A program made the position numbers and the translations under genes. A stretch of DNA of 64,000 bases from Nageia nagi. Taxonomy: Eukaryota > Plantae > Pinophyta. Under the pieces are notes generated by a model, which saw only the letters and a list, made by a program, of their open reading frames with translations, did not search any database and was not told the origin of the DNA. Shown here piece by piece: positions 54,440 through 64,000 of the stretch. Every line of letters starts with the position of its first letter. Position 1 is the first letter of the stretch. The DNA lies in the NCBI GenBank assembly GCA_050084985.1, contig JBITNC010000001.1, positions 15,190,001 to 15,254,000 on the forward strand. The letters run 5' to 3'.

Positions 54440-55254
54440 GCAGCAATAAATCCCAAATTGGTAGAAGGGGATCATGATGGAGATGAACAGATAAAAACAC
54501 ATCTATTTGCAGCAATAGATAGGTTGATTTATAATAGAGTTGGTAAGGATAAAGTGAGAAGGCAGCTTACCATTTTAAAAATCAAGAGAAAATATTTGGG
54601 CTAAATGAAGCAAATGTAGATAGAAGAGTAATGCATTTAATTGTATAGTGTTATGGGGCTTCTACTCCAAAGTTGCAAAAGCTTGCTGTTAGAATACTTA
54701 GTCAAAGTCCTAATGCTTTTGCAAGCAAAAGAAATTGGAGCATGCATGATTTGATCCATAGAAACAAAAGGAACAGACTTGGTCTAAAAATTATCAAACT
54801 TTGTCTCTTTGTGCACAGCAATTTGCATTTGCTCACAACTTCTGTTGGGAATGAAGATGATAATTCTTGCCTTAGAGAACTATGCTTTGAGGAAAATGAG
54901 GACAAAATGATGATAGTAATGTTGTTGGCACCATAGACTAAGATATAGATGATAACCATAGTTTAAATTTTGAACATGAAGCAAGATTGATTTTGCAAAT
55001 GTCTAGTTAGTAGTTACTTCGCAATTTTTCATGATTCAGTGTTCCAAGTTGCAACTCAAACTTTGACTGAACTTAGTATGTAAACCTTTTGGTATTTTAT
55101 GATAAATTCATTATGTTAGTTTTGATGTTTTGGATTACATGTCATTTTTACCTGATGTGTGTGTGTTCAAATCAATCCGAACCTTTTTCAAAATCCCGAA
55201 CTTCTGACTTTTTTGTCCTCCATTTGGACCAAACTCCAAAAATTGTAACTATAG
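54440..55254 (+). mobile_element. hAT transposon 3' remnant (C-terminal dimerisation domain) in a host intron
   Basis: YGASTPKLQKLAVRILSQ...KRNWS...HRNKRNRL...FVHSNL (ORF 54673-54936), typical of Dimer_Tnp_hAT; possible terminus gtaactatag at ~55245-55254. Confidence 0.85.
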
Positions 55255-55607
55255 CTTATGGTGTAGTTGACCCAACATAGTTTTACACTAGCTCTAGAAT
55301 TAATATTACAAATATTTTGGGAATTGTTGAGGGGGCATAAAGACATTCTCATACCTCGTACCATAATCCATAGTGGAATCATTTTAATCCAACTTGTCTA
55401 TATCTTCTTTTGTTTGTCCACATTTAGTAACATTACAATCTTAGTAAAATCATTACAGTTTTCATCAATTAGGCATCTAAGGTGTCTTCTTTGGATTTCT
55501 CTATGATTATGGTGCCATGCTAATCTTCTTCAATAATTAAATAATATGGTGATTGCATTGTTGTTGAACTGCTACATTCATTAATCTTATGCTAATGCTA
55601 ATTGTGC

Positions 55608-55701
55608 AAGTAGATCCTGGTCGACAGTTTTGGGTAAGTATAAGATTTCTAATCGTGTAAGTAGATCCTGGTTTACAGTTTTGGGTAAGTATAAGACTTC
55701 T
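55608..55701. repeat. ~51-bp tandem duplication
   Basis: aagtagatcctggt..acagttttgggtaagtataaga.ttct occurs twice. Confidence 0.85.
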
Positions 55702-56018
55702 CAACAATAACATGGCCAAATTACTTCTCAAACTCTTGCATTAAATTTATAACAATATTAAGATTAATAAAGTTTGAATTTATAATGGAAGAAGAATCCT
55801 TTCTAATAATCATTTTAAACAAAAACAACTGGACAAAAAAAGTACAAAATTGCTAGGGCTCTTAGAACAGAGCATAAAATTCATAATTGAAAATTACAAA
55901 TATCTGAAACCAAACTGAACACATAAAAACAAACATCACTTCAAGCCCTCCTTTTGCATGTATGGCTAACGCATTAAATAAAAAAGAAGCAGAAAGCAAA
56001 TAAATTCTTTCCAACTAC

Positions 56019-56125
56019 ATCGTAATAATGGTTGAAGAAGAGTAGTGCTCTGCCATGATTGCTGCTGCACACCCTCTGAGCATTAAACCACTCGAATGCT
56101 GAGAAAGCAAGAGCACTAGGAGCAT
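56019..56125 (-). CDS. Internal exon of unidentified host gene (APSALAFSAFEWFNAQRVCSSNHGRALLFFNHYYD)
   Basis: cttag| acceptor, |gtagtt donor; 107 bp, open frame, higher GC than flanks, intact CpG/CHG sites. Confidence 0.7.
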
Positions 56126-56285
56126 CTAAGTTTTGAAATTAAAAGATCAATATAAAGAAATAGCATGCCACCATGACTTCATTTTTCATAAAGAAGCTAG
56201 TGCTGAGATAAAATCAAGGAGTTTCATTGAATCCTAATCAATTGTAAATGAAATCTTATCAATATAAAAAATACTCTAAGTAGAA

Positions 56286-59200
56286 TGTTACTTGTAAAAT
56301 TCCCAAATATTGTCAACATAGAAATTAGCCAAGCAAATGCAAAATCAATATCAAATGATGCTCCTAGGCATGCCACAAACTGATCTAGGGCATCAAACAG
56401 GTCACACTATATGCCAAAAAGCCCAACAATGAAGAAAAATGTCACTTCTACAAGCCAACATCACATCCAAGAACACATTAATCAAGCACAACACCTCAAT
56501 AACAGTCCAAGAATGCCAACAACTCACTCATACAAGCATGACTATGCTAAATTGCTCAACCTTGCATATATGGAAGCATGAACAAGTCAAACGCATCAAA
56601 TAATGAGGCAATAAATGAGACCCAAGTATGCCATGGCTCAATCAATGATAGAATAATGAGTAAAATACAAACCAAGCCCAAGAGAGCTCAACATTGGCCT
56701 CCAAGGAGCCAACTAGGGCATACAACTATGCAGAGATAGGTCCTGCTGTCGAAACTACTGTAGAACAATCACACTCTACCAGATCTACGGATGCCACACT
56801 GAAGGGCTCTCTCATAGGTTAGCTCCCGACGAAGAGAACAGATGTAACTCTGAAATGCCATTGGATGGATTCAAAGGTATAGACCGCTTATGGATGCCTT
56901 AGGGTAGGGCAACCTCACAGCATGAACATTCACCTCAACCGCTAGTCAAAAGGTGTTCCACGCCTCCTAGGGTCACTTTGTGCACTACGCTCAAGGGTGC
57001 TTGATGCCGCCAAGTCTTTGGAAGTAAAGGGGGTTTCAATATCAAAATCAAGTATATCTCTGCAATGAGGCTTCTTTTCCTTTATAACATGTCTTTGGAT
57101 CTGAATCTCACCTAGGAGTCATCCCAACCTCCCAAATCTCAACGTTAGCATCTTGAAGGCCCAAAGATCTCCAACGTGGATGCCTAGGGGTCAAGCATGC
57201 CCAACGTGGGTACCTAGAGGCCATAAATGCCAACGTGGGATTCCAAGGTAGGTGCCACACATGCCAACGTGGGAGTCCAAGGTGCGACATGGATCTAGGA
57301 GCCATGCATGGGTGCTAGGGTGTCATCATGGTCCAACGTGGGGGTCTAGAAGCCTCTCCAAGGTTGGCGCAAGTGCTCAAGCTCATTGTTGGATTCTAGG
57401 TGTCCATTATGCTATATTTTGATGTTACATGAGGCTTGGGATTCCCACAATTATCTTAGGATCTCCAAGTGTATTAATGAAAAATTAAATAACACATCCT
57501 AGCTTAGGGGGAAAATGTCCCTCATGGGGCTCACAATGTGGGTCCAACGGACCATTACATTTCTATCTCAAGTAACTAACAACAAATTCATGAATAAATA
57601 AAATATTTACAAAAAGGAATCCCTAGGATTCCAAATTTATTTATTTTTTAGAAAAAGGGGATGTTACAAAGCCTTCAAGCAATTCAATAATGGATGTGCT
57701 AGTATTTTAGCTTATTCTCATGTGGAATCTTTATCAGGCAAATCCTTCCACTTGATCAAGTACTCTTAAATCCGTCTCGATCTTAACTTTTTTATTGTGG
57801 TCTCCAACACCTTCTCTAGAATCAAAACCAGTTGTCCTTTTTCATCAAGCAATGGAAGGGTGGTTGATGAGGTGTCTTGCTATCCCAATGCCTTCTTAAG
57901 GAGTGACACATGAAAAACACTATGAATCTTGATTTGTTTGGGCAGCTCTAGTTCATATGCAGCTTCTCCAACCTTTCGCAGGACTTTATATGGGCCAAAA
58001 AATCCAAGTTGTAGTTTTTCTACTTTTCTCTTCTTGAGTGAGGATTGCCTAAATGGTTGCAACCTCAAATACACCATCTCTCTCACTTCAAAGGTCCTAT
58101 CAGTCCTTCTTTGATCAACATACTTATTTTGATGATTTTGGGCCATTTGCAAATTTTCCTTTAGAGTTTTCATGACGTCTTGGTTGTCTTGGAAAAAATC
58201 TTTAGCTTTTGGAGTTTTCCCTTCATCAAAAATCAAATCTGTAAATACAAAGATTTGAAATGAGACATTCCTATACACAATTGATGCATAGAGTTGTAAC
58301 AATACTCTCCAATATGAGCTATTTCACCCACATTTGTTGCTGCCCTATTACATAGTGCCTCAAATACCCCTCAAGCCATTTGTTTGCCTATCAATTTGTG
58401 GGTGATAGCTAGTGCTTGGGGTCAAATTAGTGCCACTCAACTGAAAGAGTTCTTGCCAAAACATGCTCATAAATTTTTTGTCCCTGTCACTTACAATCCT
58501 TTTTGGCAAACCATACAATCTGACTATTTCTTTGAAGAATAAATCAGCCAACTGTACTACTGTATATGTGATGGTAATAGCAAAGAAATGGGCAAATTTA
58601 GTGAGCCTATCCACTACTACAAAAATACAATCTTTACCTTGCATCTTTGGGAAACCTGTGATGAAGTCCATAGAGATATATTCCCATTTTTGTTGTGGAA
58701 TGGGCAATGGTTGAAGCAGTCCTGCTGGTTTTACATTCTCCTGCTGATTTTCCTAACATTGCACACACTCCTGGACGTGTTTACTGAAGTCCTGTTTCAA
58801 CCCTTTCTATGCAAACCTCTTCCTTACTGCTCTATACGTTTTCATGATCCATGGATGACTTGCAAGGGGTATATTATGCAAAGCATGGAGCACTTTTTCC
58901 TTCATTTTAGAGTTAAGGGTCAAAAAAAAAAATTGTTGTTTTTCAAAATCAGTCCATCCCTAACCGTGTACCTTTCATTTTTCACAATTCCATCAAGAAT
59001 GCTTTGAGCAAATTCATCTTTGATATATTCAGCCATAATATTTGTTTTACAATCAGCAGAAATAAAAGAGAGTAGAAAGAAGGATTCCTGAATAATGTAT
59101 CAGCAGCAGTATTCTTTTTTCCCTTGATATACTGAATCTCAAAATCAAAAGATTGAAGCTTACTTACCCACCTTTGTTGCTTTTCACTCAAATTTGATTG

Positions 59201-59756
59201 CCTGATGAAATATTTCAAGCTGTTGTGGTCACTTTTGATAATCAAAGGTCCACAAACTAGATATTGCCTAAATCTCTCCAACGTATGCATAATAGCCAAC
59301 ATTTCTTTGTCATACACACTAAAATTTTGTTCTACATTAGTGAGTTTTCTACTTTCAAATGCTATTGGTTGTCCTTTTTGCATGAGTACAGCCCCTATAC
59401 CAAGTTTTGGTGCATCACATTCAACAGAAAATGGGACTGAAAAATCAGAAATAGCTAAACATGAACAAGAACACATAACCTTTTTGAGAGTTTCAAAAGC
59501 TCCTTGAGCATCATTACTCCATACAAATGCATCTTTCTTAGTCAATTGTGTCAAAGAGGCAGCCAAGTGTGAAAAACCACGTATGAACCTCTTATAGTAA
59601 TTGCATAGCCCTAAAAAAACTCTTAATTGTGTTAAGGTGGTGGGCACCGGCCAATCCTTAATTGTTGCAATTTCTTGCTCATCCACCCTTACTCCCTCAT
59701 GGCTGATTACATTCCGAAATACAGAACTTCGGTCATGCCAAATTCACATTGGATTA
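56286..59756 (-). mobile_element. Element I: 3' half of a chromovirus Ty3/gypsy element (RT C-part, RH, INT, chromodomain, 3' LTR-like region 56286-57668)
   Basis: ORFs 58982-59686 (FLGLCNYY, VECDA, YDKEML, SDH), 58360-58707 (ISMDFITG, VVDRLTK, SDRD), 57880-58302 (GPYKVL, IHSVFHVSLLK); EYLIKWKDLP at ~57735-57765; LTR starts tgtaacatcccc at 57668 on -; outer LTR end uncertain. Confidence 0.88.
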
Positions 59757-61066
59757 TGTTGGGCAATTTTTCTTTCCTACCTTGCTAATGGGCAACTAAG
59801 CTTGCAAGGCTTGTAGAAATACACCAACACCTAAGTGATAGAGCGTGACCCCTACCCGCTATGAGGATTGGTTACCTCAAAGGTCTCGTGATGGGGTGTG
59901 CGAGAGGTTGCTCAGGAGACTGGTTGAGATGTTTAAAGCTATCTCCAACTCAAATATCATTTGTTAATCAAGGCCTCGAAGGGTCCTTGTCTCCAAAAAG
60001 TGGTTGTTTCTCAAACAAAATAAAAAAAGGTGGGTTGCAAAAGCCGTGCAAAAAAATGAAAAATAAAAGAAAAAGGGTAGATTAGACGACGGTATATGAG
60101 TCGGGCAAAAGTGCATATGGTCTCACCGATTGGTGCAAAGAATGGGATCTACTTCTTTCAAGCTTGATACAAGTTCCACGCACTCCTTATCTTTATCACT
60201 AGCCAACTACACGAATGAACTAGTGCAAAGAGCGTGAAGCTATAGGCAAGGGTGGTTGTAAGATAGGTTGTGGGTGAATCATCAACAATGAAGTGAAGTT
60301 CTTGCGCTAAGCAACATGAAAGAAGTCATCCCAAACGACACAAGTCTCTAATATGCAAATCATGAACCATTACAAGTCTTATCTCACTCAATGATCACTT
60401 CAAATAGTGTTCAACAAATTCTTTCATTCACCTCAACACAAGGTTTATGAAATGAACCAAGTAAACTTGAGAAACATAAGGTACTAATATCATTCAACCA
60501 AACGGATTCAACACATGTTCATGATTCCATCAATGAGAGCATTCACCATTCAATTGCTTGAGATCATACCAAATTCACAAATGGAGTAACTTGTATAATT
60601 GGAAGCAAAAATTAAGTCTCTCCCAAGTGCAAAATGTCTAATCCCTTACAAATGAGCCCAAATGGGTTATAAATAGTTTTCTGGGAACCCTAAATGTTGC
60701 CCTAACCCTAATTTCAAAATGCGAGAAAATACAAATAGACAAACCACAAATTGCCCCATGGCATTACAAAATGTCTTCCAAGCTTGTGGGAGCAAATCCT
60801 CATCCATCACAAGCTTGGGAATTGAATAACAAATATAATAAAAATAAGTGTCTATCCTTGGAAATAAAACATCAAACTACATCAAAATAAGTGTCCAAGA
60901 ATTTCGCTGTGAGTTCCAATCCACGCAGTATCTCTGACAGATTTGGCCTATTCCCAGTAAAACAACGCCCAACCTCTTCAATCATCCTTTGCATGTCATT
61001 CTTCCAAGCATGAGCTTTCAACAAGTGTCTCAGGTGACTTCCAGTCTGATAGATGTTGACGTCATC
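59757..61066 (-). repeat. LTR X inserted into the RT of element I, itself interrupted
   Basis: RT similarity (CEFGMTEVLYF) stops at 59756 where tgttgggc begins; TATA-like ctatttataaccc...catttgtaaggg on - at ~60645-60676; non-coding. Confidence 0.65.
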
Positions 61067-64000
61067 TGTGAGGATCCACAATAACCCTCAATCAAAAACA
61101 AACCAAACTAGGGCTTTTGCAACACTCAACACCCAACGTTGGGCCCTAGGGCACCCAAACGCACCACAATGCAAATGTGATCTTCCTAAGGCCTCCACGC
61201 AACACCCACAATCTGACATCATCCCCTAGGGCTTTCCCAACACCCTAAAAACCTACGAATGCCTCCTAACAACAATGCACAATACAATAGCACCAACGAA
61301 TCCAATACAACTTGATACAACACAAGTACAAAGCTTCCAACACTAGTATACTAAACACACGGAACAAACAATGGAACAACACAACAATGAAGGACACAAT
61401 GAGTTGTCTTTTATTATGAGATACAATGAAGGTACAACCACAGATCTAGGGTTCCAAACCCTCAACAAGCCGAACAGACAATAGGAAAGACTAACTCCCT
61501 CAGTATCTGAATACCCTCCTGCAAAGGAGTCTCCTCGAACCCTAGTGACCAATGAAGGTAGAAGCTCGTCCTCGGAATTCCACTGGATGGGCTAGGTGAC
61601 CCACCTAAGCCGTAGAATGTCAGGCTCCCAACCCTGCCACTCCTCTAGATGAAGTCTAGGAATATTTGCTTAGAATCGCCAAGGCTTGGTTGCCCAATCG
61701 GGTTTGGTATAGAAAGTATATGATAAGTGGTAACCTCATAATGGAGCTCCATCCCTTATATATAGCCTCTCCTAGATCTCACCTAGGAATCATGCACATA
61801 CCTCTCTATTCCAATGTTGCCTAGGGATACCCGTAATCACAAGATCCATTGGCTAGATATGCAATGCCTTGGAATCATGCACTACAACTTAGACAAGTGG
61901 TCCCATTACTATTGCTACATGCATTGAATACACAACACAACATACTCATCTCCCAAGGAGTGGGACGTCACATTCCAAGGAGTCAATATAGAGTTATTCA
62001 TAGAATTCCGTGGGCGGCCACAAAATGGAAGACTAGTCTGGCTGGTGAACTTCAAGAGACCATAACTCCTTTGTTTCTTGATGAAACCATGTCGTGTGAC
62101 CTGTCAAAACATTTCCCACGACATGCCCTATCGAAAGAACCAATCATACCAACTCTCCAAGACCTGTGGTGAACTCTACCTTCTGAAAGGGAATGTTACA
62201 GGAATTCCCACAATCCGGGATTACCCATCACAACACACAACATCACTACTCAAAGGGAGATGTCCCATTTCTGGGCTCATAATGGGGTCCACAGACCATA
62301 AGCTCCCCCTTGAGTTTCACATATACAACAAGAACATGAACACCTAGAATACAAAGAGGCCATGATACAATTGTTCATTGGCTCAAATGGGACGTCACAT
62401 CATCGGTCATGATCCAGCTATGAAGGAAGTGTCTAACTTCTGCCACTACCAAGTCCTTGTCTTTGATGATAGCATCACCATCTATAAACTTGACTTGGAA
62501 ATCCATTTGTTCAATGCTGGTGTTGGCCTTGTCGTTGAGTGCCTCAAACTCCTTCTACACCTCCTAGAAACGTATAGCAATTTGATTGACAACACCCAAG
62601 TAGAACCAATAATCCTCGCAAAACTTCACATCCACAAGCCTCTGATCCTGCATCATCTCGAATTTTATTATTATTGGCTTTCGGGAATCTAGAATTCTGA
62701 GAAGGCTAGCTCTCTCCACCACAATGTCTTTTAACTTTTGTTCCTCAAGTGTGACCCTCTGCAATGCACCAATGAATTGCTTAACCACCACCAAGACCTC
62801 ATCAATTACCTCCTGTTTTACTACGATCATACCTTCGTTGAGGAGTTTTATCTTTCAAAGCTCCTCCATGGGTACCTTAGCTTACTCCAACTCTCTAGTC
62901 GATTTTTTATGTGCAACTAACTCCTTTTTGAGTCTTTTTATCTCCTTTTCTTTCATCATCCCTTCTTTAGTAATGGCCTCAATGTTGGATATGATCGCAT
63001 GTTTCCGACCATCCAAACCAATAGGACTCGTATTGATGATCTGGTTTACTTGCTTGAGGTCTTCAGGTCATTGGGGATTATCCTTGTCTACGATTATAAT
63101 CTTGATGTGAATCGCGTTCTTGGCCAAATGCACATAAGTTTGGGTCTTACCCGAGTGATTGGAGCTTTCTCCAATCTAATCATTCTCTTCTCTCACTCCA
63201 AACTCCTCCCCGACATCCATGTTAAACACATCCAAACACTCTTCCATATTAACTACCCATTCATTTGTGAGTGATGGCTAATAAGTTTCAACAACTGCTT
63301 CCTGAACGGTGGTGGTGCTTTTCTTGGCCCTTTCAAGGTCTCACCTCTTCTTCATTGTGTTCTTCAGAGGCCTCTGTCGTTCGTGATTGAGAAGTCCTCT
63401 TCAACTATGCTCTTCTTTGCATTGTCTTTGAGGCTAGTCCCTTACACTTCTCTATTGATGGTTTTGAAGCACCAGGATTCTAGACTACCTTCACTATCTC
63501 TAAAGATCTGTCTTCTTCTTGTGTACTCGGGATGTTGTCACGTTGTGTTGCATTCACTTCATGTTCACCTTCTGACTCTCCTGCTTCTCCTTCCTCTTGA
63601 CTGTCATCAGATCTATATATGGGACTAGAGGATGAAGACCCAGATGGCGGAACAACTCGTGATGGACCTGCAGCCTCTCCTCTAGGTGGTCTGGACGGTG
63701 GGGATGGATCCTTCTCTCTGTTCCTGACACACCTCACCATATTGTCAATGGCCACACGTTCCAATTCCCTCACGTCATGCTCATCAACAATGTCCCGAAC
63801 TTGTTGTACTACCCGTTCCACTGGATTCCTACCATGCATTGATGCATATTGCCCAACTGGTTCTTCAACTGTGGGAGGAAATTGGATGACCCTGGAGGTG
63901 TACTCTTGCAGTCTTCTTCCCTTCTATTGTGACAATCTTTTGACGATGGTGACTTCAACAAGCTGTTGTTGATCATGGGCATCCTTGTGCATCTTATCTC
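61067..64000 (-). mobile_element. Element Y: younger LTR element, 3' LTR (61067-62199) plus extra-ORF region running off the window
   Basis: tgtgagg...gttaca boundaries; ctatatataaggg on - at ~61754-61767; - strand ORF fragments 63480-63839 (Pro/Ser/Glu-rich) and 62564-62830 (coiled-coil-like); more CpG retained. Confidence 0.6.

Noticed and set aside
61849-63972. Overlapping + strand ORFs as genes
   Set aside because: Antisense to the LTR and extra ORF of element Y, with no recognisable motifs

Overview
AT-rich plant nuclear DNA, most likely a conifer or other gymnosperm (inferred from the TatII-type domain order, the heavy C->T/G->A decay and a TE-filled intron). About 85% is nested, decayed transposable elements. 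1-26.8 kb: a + strand Ty3/gypsy Tat element (A; order PROT-aRH-RT-RH-INT plus a long extra ORF). Its protease is split by a full-length - strand relative (B, 1820-15828, with TSD and tRNA-Arg PBS), and its 3' region carries a solo LTR. 29.5-41 kb: a gag/protease-only gypsy element (D) containing a full-length Reina-like chromovirus (E, 30966-36945). 42.7-48.6 kb: a 5'-truncated Ty1/copia element abutting an L1 LINE whose RT core is deleted. 49.1-51.7 kb: a foldback-like element with inverted arms and hairpin arrays. 52.6-56.1 kb: the last four exons of an unidentified - strand host gene, including a 24-nt micro-exon, with a hAT remnant in one intron. From 56.3 kb the upstream intron is filled by a three-level stack of LTR elements. 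No TE ORF is intact. Coordinates were read by eye, and domain boundaries are approximate.
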